From positions 93,806,001 through 93,870,000 of the forward strand of contig NC_043000.1 of assembly GCF_006345805.1 (NCBI RefSeq): a DNA stretch of 64,000 bases, given 5' to 3'. The notes beneath the pieces are model-generated. The model made no database searches. It was not told the DNA's origin and saw only the letters and a list, made by a program, of their open reading frames with translations. This DNA is from Octopus sinensis (taxonomy: Eukaryota). The translations under genes and the position numbers were made by a program. Below are positions 26,960 to 38,999 of the stretch, in pieces (within the stretch, counting starts at the first letter, position 1; the number at the start of each line of letters is the position of its first letter).

Positions 26960-27302
26960 TTTGATTTGTTTCAGTCATTTGACTGCGGCCAAGCTGGAGC
27001 ACCACCTTAAAGGGTTTAAGTAAAAAAGAAATAATGACCCTAGGACTTGTTCTTTGTAAGCCTAGAAATTATTCTATTGGTCTCTTTTGCCGACGGTTGT
27101 CAAGCGATATCGGGTGGACAAACACAAACACACACACACATGATGAGCTTCTTTCAGTTTCCATATACCAAATCCACTTACAAGGCTGTGGCCAACCCGA
27201 GGCTATTGTAGAAAATACTTACCCAAAATGCCACACAGTGGGACTGAACCCAGATCCATGTGGTTGGTAAGCAAGCTTCTTACCACACAGCCAAACCTGT
27301 GC
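26960..27302 (-). mobile_element. Family A (OK-like) tRNA-derived SINE
   Basis: Minus strand: tRNA-like head GGCTGTGTGGTAAGAAGCTTGCTTACCAACCACATGGATCTGGGTTCAGTCCC, body, and CR1-type tail CAGTCAAATGACTGAAAC. Other copies at ~30278-30678, 35425-35870, 44070-44255, 48488-48645, 61470-61915 and 63635-64000 (all -), plus a head at 35160-35330 (+). Confidence 0.85.
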
Positions 27303-27334
27303 TTATATATTTATATATATATGTTCTTTTCAAC

Positions 27335-27513
27335 TCTAGGCACAAGGCCTGAAATTTGGGGTTGGCAGTCGATTAGATCAACCTCTGTATGCAACTGATG
27401 AAAGGATGAAAGGCAAAGTTGACGTCGGTGGAATTTGAATTCAGAACTTAAAGACAGACGAAATACTACTTAGCAATTCGTCCTGCGTGCTAACGTTTCT
27501 GCCAGCTCGCCGC

Positions 27514-27515
<2 letters not shown>
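27335..27515 (-). mobile_element. Family B SINE
   Basis: GAAAGGATGAAAGGCAAAGTTGACGTCGGTGGAATTTGAATTCAGAAC…TTCTGCCAGCTCGCCGCC is the reverse complement of the family B consensus. Confidence 0.85.
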
Positions 27516-27587
<72 letters not shown>

Positions 27588-27609
27588 TATATATATATAT
27601 ATATGTATA

Positions 27610-27657
<48 letters not shown>

Positions 27658-27939
27658 TATTATATATATATATATTGTTGGTGTTATTAGAATTTATAAA
27701 CTTCAAGAGAACATGAAATAATTCTGTTTTTGGAAGAGAAGAAACTCGAAGCGGATAAAGCAATAATTGATTGTATGTAAATATTAGCTTAAAAACCATT
27801 TGGCTAACAAATGTTGAAGGCTGCCCGTGAGACTTGAACCATTATCTTTCGTAAATATGAGAGACCAGCAGCCTTCAACTTTTTCTACCCAGGTCTTTTA
27901 ACTCAATGCTAACCTGCTAATATCTACAACTTTATCTAA

Positions 27940-28155
27940 GGTAGTGAGCTGATGTAATTGTTTGCACACTGAGCAAAACGCTTAGTGTTATTGCATCTAT
28001 CTTAACATTCTGAGATCAAATTTTGCGACGAACAGCTTTACCTTTCATCCTTTCGCAGTCAATAAAATAGGTACCAGTTGAACTCTGGGGTTATTGCAAT
28101 CGACTTAGCCCCTTCCCTGAAATTACTAGCTTCATGCCAAAATTTGAAACCAATA
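27940..28155 (+). mobile_element. Family B SINE
   Basis: GTAGTGAGCTG…CCTTTCATCCTTTCGCAGTCAATAAAATAGGTACCAGTTGAACTCTGGGG. Confidence 0.8.
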
Positions 28156-28292
28156 CTTACTGCTCTATCTGCTTCAAAGTTCTTCATTCCACAACAAGAA
28201 TCAACATATATGTATATATTTGCTTTCTTCAGTTAAATGCTGGATATTTTTTTTATTGCTGAAGAACAGTTTTATTTCTTAATTTAGATATA

Positions 28293-29020
28293 CGAGGTTG
28301 TATTAAAAAGTTCCTGGACTAGTTATGTTTAATATAGAATAACTTATTTAACTAAGTTTTAAAATCATCTCCTTCGAAATAGTCATCTTGCGCAGCAATA
28401 CACCGGCCCCAGGAATCCAGCCTGTAAGCGAATCGAGAACCTTTTGAGATTCATTCTGGATCTCCACAACCATGCTAAAATGGCGATCTTTGAGCTGCAT
28501 TTTCATCTTGGGGAAGAGATGGAAGTCTGCATGTGCTAAATCTGGTGAAGGGCGGGTGCAGAAGTGACACATTGTTGTTTTTGGTAAGAAAGAGGAGAGC
28601 TCTATGACGGGGTCATATTGTTGTCGTGTCCAATTCAGACGTTACGATTGCCTGCACGGACCCATACGACAGACCGACAACATCAGCGGTGTCATTGATT
28701 GTCCTGCGACAATCCTCATGCACGAGCCGATGAATTTTCTCCACACTCCCGGGGTGGGGGGTGACGCTTGTGGCAGGTCTTCCAGGGACGTTCCTCTGCT
28801 TTTGAAGTGCCCATGCCACTCAAAGCATTGCGTACGACCCAGTTGAACTCTGGGGTTATTGCAATCGACTTAGCCCCTTCCCTGCGAAGTAATCACAGCG
28901 ATGTCACTCAGCACACTGCCTCATGAAGATCACTGTTAGCTCTCACTGCGCACGCAACCATGTGCTGCTATCTGTTGGTGATCTACAGAACTAGTCCAGG
29001 AACTTTTTGATATCGCCTCG
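28293..29020 (-). mobile_element. Internally deleted mariner (728 bp) with TA duplications
   Basis: ~32-bp imperfect TIRs (CGAGGTTGTATTAAAAAGTTCCTGGACTAGTT / CGAGGCGATATCAAAAAGTTCCTGGACTAGTT); TA at 28291-92 and 29021-22. Minus-strand remnants RTQCFEWHGHFKSRGTSLED…, IHRLVHEDCRRTINDTADVVGLSYGSVQAI and SPDLAHADFHLFPKMKMQLK. Confidence 0.92.
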
Positions 29021-29578
29021 TATATGCATCAATATGAGGACCAGTATCTTTATTGCGATGTTTATATGATATCCCATATTACGGATAAACACACAGCTTG
29101 TTTTTGGACAAGGGTATATTAGTAATATTTGACCATTGGAAAGTATATATATTATATATATATATATGTCCTATGCCGAAAATCTATTTATTTAACTATA
29201 TCGTTCATTCTTGATCATATTATAATTCATCCAACTTTATGCTCACTGGACTTTTTCTTTTGTGTTGAAAAACATTAGTTCATTGTCCATCCGTGACCAA
29301 TACAGCACCATTCAGTTCTTTTTCTGAGGTCTTTTGATTGTAATATAACAAATGCTTATTAAGACAATGATACCAGCAGTAATGACGATGGTGATGATAT
29401 TCCTTATTGAAGCTGACATTCATTGAAGGAGTACCAGAAACATCCGAACATTATATATGCTATTTATGTACCCCGTACTCATACACTCACACACATCACA
29501 CATACACTCACAAACAAACAAACACACATACACACACATGTATAAATGTACATATATATGCATGTGTATGTATCTATG

Positions 29579-29659
<81 letters not shown>

Positions 29660-30044
29660 ATATATGAATTACTTTCGATTTAACTTCAGAAAATATACAC
29701 TCCATATACAATACATACATAGTATATATGTATAAAATAAAGAAAATCATAAAAAAAATTTTGAGTTCCTGGATTTTCGTAAAAAAAAAATTGTTAAAAT
29801 GAAAGCACAAAACAAACAAAACAGCATCTGATATATTATGTTCTGGAAATAAAAGGTAAACTTTTCATTGAAGTGATGCAAAACTTAAGTACTACATGAT
29901 TACATTCTGACTTTATTCCACCTGCATAAACACACCCACTGATTGTTAAATATCATCATATTTTAAGTTAAATCAAAAGAAATATTAAACAAAGGAACCA
30001 AACTTAAATAAAATTTCTGCTAGAACATCTAAGTGATGTTGGTT

Positions 30045-31035
30045 TCAAATTTTGGTACAAGGCCAGCAATTTCGGGGCAGGGGGCTAAGTCAATTGCATT
30101 AACACCAGCATGCAACTGGTACTTATTTCATCGACCCCGAAAGGACGAAAGGTAAAGCTGATTTCGGCGGAATTTGAACTCAGAATGTACAGACGGACGA
30201 AATGCTGCTAAGTATTGTACCCCAGCATGGTAACGGTTCTGCCAGCTCGCCGACCTAAAATGTCTAACTGAGACTCTTTTTATTTTTTACTTGTTTCAGT
30301 CATGTGACTGTGGCCATGCTGGAGCACCGCTTTAGTCGAGCAAATTGACCCCAGGACTTATTCTTTGTAAGCCCAGTACTTATTCTATCGGTCTCTTTTG
30401 CCGAACCGCTAAGTTACGGGGACGTAAACACACTAGCATCGGTTGTCAAGCGATGTGGCGGGGGGGGGGGCAAACACAGACACACAAACACATATATATA
30501 TACATATACATATACACGACAGGCTTCTTTTAGTTTCCGTCTACCAAATCCACTCACAAGGCTTTGATCGGCCCGAGGCTATAGTAGAAGACACTTGCCC
30601 AAGGTGACACGCAGTGGGACTGAACTTGGAACGATGTGGTTCGTAAGCAAGCTACTTACCACACAGCCACTCCTGCGCATATAAAGGATTAAGTCGATTA
30701 GATCGACTCCAGTACGCAACTGGTACTTAATTTATCGACCTCGAAAGGATGAAAGGCAAAGTCAACCTTGGCGGAATTTGAACTCAGAACATAAAGACAG
30801 ACCAAATACCTATTTCTTTACTACCCACAATGGGCTAAACACAGAAAGGACAAACAAGGACAGACAAAGGGATTAAGTCGATTATATCGACCTCAGTGTG
30901 TAACTGGTACTTAATTTATCGACCTCGAAAAGATGAAAGGCAAAGTCGACCTCGGTAGAATTTGAACTCAGAACTTATTGGCAGAGGAAATACCGCTTAG
31001 CATTTCGCCCAGCGTGCTAACGTGTCTGCCAGTCG
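30045..31035 (-). mobile_element. SINE stack: family B (~30045-30255), family A (~30278-30678), family B dimer (~30680-31035)
   Basis: Diagnostic family A and B motifs, all on the minus strand. Confidence 0.85.
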
Positions 31036-31899
31036 TATTAATGTGCCATTCTTAGGGAATAGTGGTAGATAAAATAAGTTGGATCAGAAGAAGTATGTGA
31101 ATTGTATCATGGACTAAAAAAACTTATTTGAATTTTTTTTTATATCGAATTTAGGGAGCTATCATAAAAACATTTCTCAGTTAAATAATTTTCTCGTTTT
31201 GTTTGGTCTCAGTGGTACCAAATTTTAGCATCCATTTACAGCAAACGTTCTCACCCGTTTTTTATCTATGGATCCCTTTGGTTACTATTCTCTGCTGGCG
31301 GACCCTTATAACCATTCGATGTTTGAAAACTACTTTAACAGAAACTTCTTTTAAAATCCCTCTTGTTTTTCACACATTAACTTGACCTATGTAAAATGTC
31401 AGAGAAAGAAACTTAGCTGTTTCTTGTAACACATACAAATTCATACGTCTAAAGCAAAATTTTTTCAGGGGCCCTTAAAATACTTTTGCGGATCTCTAAT
31501 TTACTCTTTTGCTTGCGTTTACCATCAAAAATCTTATAAGGACCCTTAGGTTCCATATGGGCCCCTGTTGAGAACCTCTGATTTACAGGAATATAATTTA
31601 ACCCTCTTGGTACCAGCCCACCTGAGACTGCCCTTATTTTATGATACAAACTTCCAGTCATGATGAAATGGAAATAAACATAACTTCTCAGTATAGTAAA
31701 AAGCCAGCTTCTATATATGGCTGAAGCAGGAAGACCGAAAATGACTTGAAAGTCATAAACACGCCGACGGGAAATAACATCATTAGGTGAGACAAGCTGA
31801 CTGAATCAGCTTCGCTGACTGACAGGTGACGGTCGTTTAGAAAAAGCGCGGGCTAAAACTACGCGCCTTCACTAGTCAGTTAAGGTGAGACAGTGTCAC

Positions 31900-32530
31900 G
31901 TGACAACTTGCTGGGGCTGCCTGCTGGGGTCTATGCGGCAGGTAAGGGAGAAATTTGACAAGACAGTCAGTCACCGGCTGACACTCGCTGACGATACATC
32001 GAAGAGGCCAGGGAACATCCACCCAACACCAGAGATGAAGACACCTCCGAAGGGGGGGGGGCACGTCAAAACGGTTGAGGAGTAGGGGCCAAAACCGGAC
32101 GTGGTTCCTCCTGATGATGTCTTGAGCTAACTGGATCCTATAAAGGAGCTGTTGTGGTGGCACACCACGAAACACGGTTGTAATTCCTACTTTCATCTCT
32201 TACAGAGATTTCCTAACTAGCGACTTTGCTTGTTGCAAGATCAGTGACTGGTTGTCACTTATTTTTCTATATATTGTGAGCTGGAGAGGATTACTGCTAT
32301 CTCTAGCAGATGGGTATCCACTACTGAGGATGAGTACCAATAACTTGAAATCGAACGGTCTGGAGGTCCTGTCGTCGTCGCTAGAAGATGCCAGGGATTC
32401 ACCCCTCTACTTACAATATATGGCGGATGCAGATTGCATTGGTAACCAGCTGGAGCAGGCCTCCTCCTGGAATTGAAAATTACAGTAACGTTGGTTCCTG
32501 AGGAACAGCCATGATGAAGTGGCGATAAAT
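31900..32530 (+). mobile_element. GC-richer island, possibly the 3' end/pseudo-LTR of a Penelope-like element
   Basis: Weak RYIEEAREHPPNTRDE (31992-32039) resembles the PLE GIY-YIG tail (EAIEI…P.LNRD.G). TATAAA at 32139 and hammerhead-like motifs downstream. Confidence 0.4.
32318..32366 (+). ncRNA. Candidate type I hammerhead ribozyme (partly decayed)
   Basis: CCACTA-CTGAGGA-T-GAGT accaata ACTT-GAAA-TCGAACG-GTC-TGGAGG: intact core, 4-bp stem II, GUC triplet; stem I has one mismatch. Confidence 0.5.
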
Positions 32531-32635
32531 ATTACTTCTCAAAATTTAAACCTTCTATCAGATTTTACTCAGGTTGTGTTAATTGAGCATACAAGGAAAC
32601 AATATTTATATACATGCACATGCACAAATACATGC

Positions 32636-32676
<41 letters not shown>

Positions 32677-32690
32677 CAGGTAGATAGATT
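32636..32690. repeat. (GATA)n microsatellite
   Basis: Direct reading. Confidence 0.95.
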
Positions 32691-33479
32691 CGTTCATTGC
32701 TTTTCGACTTTGTAATACTCCATTGTAATAAGTCAGAAAAGAAGTAAAAATTTATCCAGATTTAGAAAACAAAAACAATTTCTAGGAGAAACATAGAGCT
32801 ACACAATCCCATAAGACACTCTGATAAAAACATTTTCCATTTTTATTCAAACGAGTGGAACACGTGAATATTTCACGGAATTAATGGTAAACTTATTAGG
32901 ATATTTCTGAAAACTTTATCCAAAAAACCTGAAAGCGTAACCTGTGTTGTGTCTGTATCAAAAGATAGTTGCTCATCTACTAGTCATTGAAAAGTGAAGG
33001 AAATTGGAATACGAAATTAATTAAAACTAAAGCAGTGTGTTTCAATAGAAATATGGTAACAAAAGGTTTAAGCATGCAAAGGACTTAATATTTTGGCCAG
33101 ACATCGATAAACTGTACCACCTCTGATACAATTATTTGTACTTATCGTGGCATTTACCAGTGGTGGGCTGAGCTGGCTCTGACCAACGAGTTATGCTCGG
33201 AGTTTCAGTGGGATACAAATTCACACGTGGTCCTCAATCACATGCATACACACTTCAGTATAGTGAGGTTCATAGCAGTTCATCTTGTCGATTGCCGACT
33301 GTGACAGAAGATTTGCTGATCAAGTCACAATAGATTTCAAAGCTAATATAGCCCTAGTTTGAAGCAGATTCTAGCAACATACTTTAACAAAGGTTAAAGC
33401 TTAGAGGTGCCTCTCTCCCAGTGGTTTCCAGCAGGCCGGAGATTACCCTCAATTTCTGAGGGCATACGTGATGAAATTA

Positions 33480-33895
33480 TTTCTTTGTTGTCCACAGAAG
33501 GCTAAACATAGAGGGGACAATCAAGGGGATTAAGTCGATTACACCGACTCCAGTGATTAACTGGTACTTATTTAATCGATACCGAAAGGATGAAAGGCAA
33601 AGTGGCTCTCGGTGGAATTTAAACTCAGAACGTAATGGCAGACGAAATACCTATTTCTATTTCTTTACTACCCACAAGGGGCTAAACACAGAGAGGACAA
33701 ATAAAGACAGATAAACGGATTAAGTCGATTATATCGACCCCAGTGCGTAACTGGTACTTAATTTATCGACCCCGAAAGGATGAAAGGCAACGTGGACCTC
33801 AGCGGAATTTGAACTTAGAACGTAATGGCAGACGAAATATTGCTAGGCATTTCGCCCAGCATGCTAACATTTCTGCCAGTTCGCCAGAAAGCGTT
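33480..33895 (-). mobile_element. Family B SINE dimer
   Basis: Two tandem bodies with GAAAGGATGAAAGGCAA…GAATTT(G)AACT(C)AGAACGTAATGGCAGACGAAATA. Confidence 0.85.
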
Positions 33896-34844
33896 GACCT
33901 TTAACGCAATTGCTAGAAGCTTTTATTTTATGACAGGCTTCCGCACAGTTTCTAGGTTAACCTGGAGAAAAAGAAGATATTTACGCAAGGTGACATGCAA
34001 AGGGACTGAACCTGAAACGATATGGTTGTAAAGCAAGCTTCTTATCCACACAACCATGCCTGTGCCCTTTCTGTGTGAGTTTTATGAAAAAGTAACTTCG
34101 TTTCGGAGATTGTTATAACTGTTTGGTTACTTAATTTAGCCCTTTGGGACTTTGAAGCAAAACAGCAAATTTGCTAAAATTTACATCTTATTTTGTTATT
34201 TTACTTTTTCCTATGAGTTTAATTATTTCTTTCCTAAAAGAAGGAAAAAAGAAACACGCTTAAAGGAATGCAATACTTAGAATTTGTATTTTAAATATTT
34301 TGGTAACATCTAGAGTTCACTATCTCTAGGGAACTTAAGCTAAACTTAGAAGTGGGTTTTGAAAGTAATTTCACGGGTAAATAAAATAGAATTAAAACAT
34401 AAAAAGTTATTAGGGTTTTCGTTTTGTGTGAGGGTAGAATATAGGTTTTAAAAAATAGGGTAAAAGTGGGACTGAAACTTGATTAAATGCAAAACTAAGT
34501 AAAAAAAATAGTCGTGTTATAAACTAAAGAACAAAATTGGAATCCTAAATGTTTGCTGGAATAAATGTATTATCGTATAATTCGAATTGCTCAAAGATTA
34601 TAGAATCCATTAAATTTTGGGTCTATACGTGGTACAATATAATGAAAATATAATAGGCATGGTCAGAAATAAGAATTATTATATATGCTGATGAAAATGC
34701 TGAGCTGGTGGATCCATTAGCAACACACAGGTCAAAATAATTAACGATATTTCTTATGGCTTTACAATCCAAGTTCGAATTTTGCCAAAGTTTATTTTGC
34801 TTTTCCTCTTTTTGGGGTTGACTAGTAAAAAAGAAAAGGGAAGT

Positions 34845-35355
34845 TATCTTCTAGTGTCATACCGACTCATAGGGGCCGGTTTCCCAGTTTCATGGCATAT
34901 GAATTCTCTACCTGGATGGGACACTGGTCCGTCACAAGTTTACTCATTTTTGCCAGCTGAGTGGACTGCAGCAACATGAAATAATGTGTTTTGGCACAAG
35001 AACACAACGCGTCACCCGATCCAGGAATTGAAACCACAAACTTACAATATGAGTCCAACGCTCTAACTGCTAAGCCATGTAACGCCACATTAGGACCGAC
35101 AACCCAACTTCCACCAAATTCTAGGCATTGTACTGCTGGTACAAAGAATTATACATGCCAATAGGCACAAGTGTGACTGTATGATTAAGAAGTTCACTTC
35201 CCAATCACAGGGTTTTTGTCTCAGTCCCACTGCCTGGCACCACGGGCAAGTGACTTCTACTACAGTACTGGACTAACTAAAGCCTTGTGAGTTGATGTGG
35301 GTAACAGAATCTGAAAGAAACCTGTCATGTATGCATATACATACATACATACATA

Positions 35356-35418
<63 letters not shown>

Positions 35419-35646
35419 CGTTTAGCTTTTACCTGTTTCAGTCATTAGACTGCGGCCATGTTGGGGCACTGCCTTGAAGGATTTTGCGTTGAATGAATCA
35501 CCCGCCCCAGTACTTAATTATTTCTTAAACCTGGTACTTATTCTATCGGTCTCTTTTGCTGAACCGCCTAAGTTATGGGGACATAAATACACCAACGCCG
35601 GTATTCAAGTGGTGGTGGAAGATAAACACTCAACCTACACACACAC

Positions 35647-35719
<73 letters not shown>

Positions 35720-35870
35720 GAAGGGCTTCTTTCAGATTCTATCGACCAAATCCACACACAAGGCCTTGGTCGATCTGAGGTTATAGTAGAAGACACTTGC
35801 CCAAGGTGCCACATAGTAAGCCTGACCCCGGAACCATATAGTTGGAAAACAAACTTACGTCACAGCACTT
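34845..35870. mobile_element. SINE cluster: family C (-) 34845-35090, family A head (+) 35160-35330, family A (-) 35425-35870
   Basis: Family-diagnostic motifs as described for 4265 and 26960. Confidence 0.8.
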
Positions 35871-36208
35871 ATATATTAAACTTTTACGAGGTAAAGATTG
35901 ACAGCAACTTAAAAAGTCCGAGGAGAGCAATCATGCTGAAACTTCACAGTCAGTGTCAACCTTCTTGTAAAAGTTTAATTAATATGCATTTGACTAAAAG
36001 GTATTGATTAATCCTCCAGTTTAATGTTAATTGTACATATACATATATAAAATGGGACAAGAACGCAAAACATCCAGACAGCTAGGTGATACAAAAATGG
36101 GACAACAAAACATCCAGATAGACGATGCAAAGAAAACGAGGACGTGTCATTGGAAGTTTTCTTTTCTCAGTCAAGCACCAGATTATCCTCGCAATTTCGG
36201 CTAATTAT

Positions 36209-36298
<90 letters not shown>

Positions 36299-36892
36299 TA
36301 TATAAAAGGATTACAGGTAAGCTCACCGCCATCGATTCATCGCAGGAAAGTTCACCGCCACCAGTTCACCATGAGGCAAGTTCACTTCAAGGAAAGTTTA
36401 CCGAGAAGATATATCCATAGTATATCACCTCAACGTTAATGGTTAAAAGAACTATTTCATTGAAAAAAAAAAACGCCCCCCCCCCAAAAAAAAACCGGTG
36501 AATTGATGGCGGAGAACTTTTCCTGCGGTAAATTGATGAAGAAAGTTCACCACGAGGCAAGTTCACAGCGAGGAAAATTTAGCAGGAAAACATATCCATT
36601 GTATCTCACTATTAATTGTTAAAAAGTATTTTATTGACAAAAAACAACCCCCCCACCAAAAAAAACCCCCAAAGTAATGGAGATCAAAACGTGCAATCAG
36701 AGATTTTAACTTTTGGGTTAAAACATAGTATGTACTAAATATGAAGAGAAATTAGCTTAATTTTAAATTCATACTTCTTTAAAACATCAATGCAAAGTTC
36801 AAATGTACATTATTCAAAATCGTGCTTGAATTGATGACGTTGAACTTACTGGACATCATATATAATGTGACGTAAAAGCAAACATTAATATA

Positions 36893-37409
36893 CCGTAAAT
36901 CCTCGAGTATAATCCGCACTTTTTTTTCCCAAAATTTAAAGGTCAAAATCCCTAATGCGTACTATATGCGAGGTTAAAAATGAAAATTATTTTCTAAGCA
37001 ATGTCCGAGTCTCTATTTGCTGTCTGGCAATGTTTATTCAGACGCATTTTGTGATGTCGGGTGCGAAAATACCTTAAGCTAAACCTGAAAGCAATGAAGT
37101 CATAAAAGAATCATCCATAACTTGCAGTAAGCAACATTTATTAAACGTTATTACTGTTATTTCTTTATTTTCTGCAAACAAAATGCACAAAAAAGCTACA
37201 CGTTTGCATTATGTTATATATATAATAATAATAATAAAGGACGTTACCGTATACAGTTTTACAAACCAAGGACGTTATATAGACCTCATTGCCTTAAGTT
37301 AGAGAAGGGGTGCGTATTATACACAAAGTTTAGGTTTTTCTGAGGTACAGCCCCCTAAAAATCCCCTGCGTATTATACTCAAGGGCGGACTATACTCGAG
37401 GATTTACGG
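36893..37409. mobile_element. Tc1/pogo-type MITE, 517 bp
   Basis: TIR CCGTAAATCCTCGAGTATA (19 bp perfect, ~25 bp with one mismatch); TA at 36891-92 and 37410-11; no ORF. Confidence 0.92.
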
Positions 37410-38044
37410 TATACATATGCGTGCGTGAATGGTTATGTTTCCTTGTCATGACAATGTGTGATTGTTCTGAAGGACAATCATTGATACAAGTGTCTATTAT
37501 TCATTTGTAATATTCTGCAAAGAAACATGTTTGGCCATGGAGAAATAGTATCTTCCTCCGAAGATATTATTCTTGGCAACAAGAAAATCACTTGTCCAAA
37601 CTCTGTCCGATCCATGCAAGCATGGAAAAGTGGACGTTAATATGACGATGAAGCAACTTAAGATACCCGATGTCTGTTTGATATCTTCCCAAAACTGCAA
37701 AGAACAACATCGATTTGAAGTTCACATTTTCTCAAAATTTTACCAGTGATAATAATTAAAGTATTTATTTAAGCCTCGTGCTTATCTATATTATAACAAA
37801 GAAGGCTGTTTATTAATTAGTTTGGAGTACATTATTTTTAATAACAGAAAGCAATTATTAAAGTCTACCCTTTCGTAAAAATTCTAATTTTAACATAATT
37901 TTTTTTATTAAAGTGTGGTTTTAACGTTCTTGGAATAAGAATCATCTCTTGCTGAACACTTCTGATACTTGGAAATAATTGCAAGTTTTTGAACTAATTT
38001 GAAGAGATTCTGTATAGTCAGTTGATTGGCTAGAAATATCAGCC

Positions 38045-38470
38045 CAAAGGCGGTGAGATGGCAGAAACGTTAGCACGTCGGGCGAAATGCGTAGCCGTTT
38101 TTCGCCTGCCGTTACGTTCTGAGTTCAAATTCCGCCGAGGTCGACTTTGCCTTTCATCCTTTCAGGGTCAATTAAATAAGCACCAGTTACGCACTGGGGT
38201 CGATGTAATCGACTTCATCAGTTTTTCTGTCCTTGTTTGTCCCCTCTGTGTTTAGCCCATCGTGGGTAGTAAAGAAATAGGTATTTCGTCTGCCGCTACG
38301 TTCTGAGTTCAAATTCCGCCAAGGTCGACTTTGCCTTTCATCCTTTCGGAGTCGATTAAATAAGTACCAGTTACGCCCTGGGGTAGATATAATCGACTTA
38401 ATCCGTTTTTCTATTCTTGTTTGCCCCCTCTGTATGTAGCCCCTTGTGTACAATAAAGAAATTAGAAATA
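38045..38470 (+). mobile_element. Family B SINE dimer (well preserved)
   Basis: AAGGCGGTGAGATGGCAGAAACGTTAGCACGTCGGGCGAAATGCG…GAGTTCAAATTCCGCCGAGGTCGACTTTGCCTTTCATCC, body present twice. Confidence 0.9.
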
Positions 38471-38999
38471 AATAAGAAATACCAGTCCATCCTACAAATA
38501 CTTACAACGAACATGTTACACAGTGCAATTCTTGATGTAGAAAAACAGATTTGATGGGCACAACTAAAATGCTTTTGACTATATATTGATTTTATCAGAC
38601 ACGACCAAGATTGAGTGGAATGTAAACTACAAACTATCAATTATGTTAACAACAATTTAGTTCTGATAACATCGCCTTTACTATCATCAATGACATCATC
38701 GTCATTGCTGTTACTATTATCGTTATCATCAATGCCGTTGTCATAATCACCATCATCTTTGGCATAGATTACACAAAACCTGTTGAGAAAGATTCTGCAC
38801 AACCGAATACTCTTATTGCCACCAACACACATTTGTTTTCCAAATAAGATATTTTCATTCCACTGATCTTCACACTCTGAAAGAGATGAAGTTGTCGAAG
38901 CTATGGGATTTTTGTTTATTGAAGAATATTAGCAGACACAATTTTTGATCAGGTTGTGTTAATGAGCATACATGGAAACAATATTTATTTAAAACGCTG

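Noticed and set aside
31420-31660. hAT-like end (GTTGAGAACCTCTG) and a TTAACCCT piggyBac-like end
   Set aside because: No matching opposite terminus or TSD was found.
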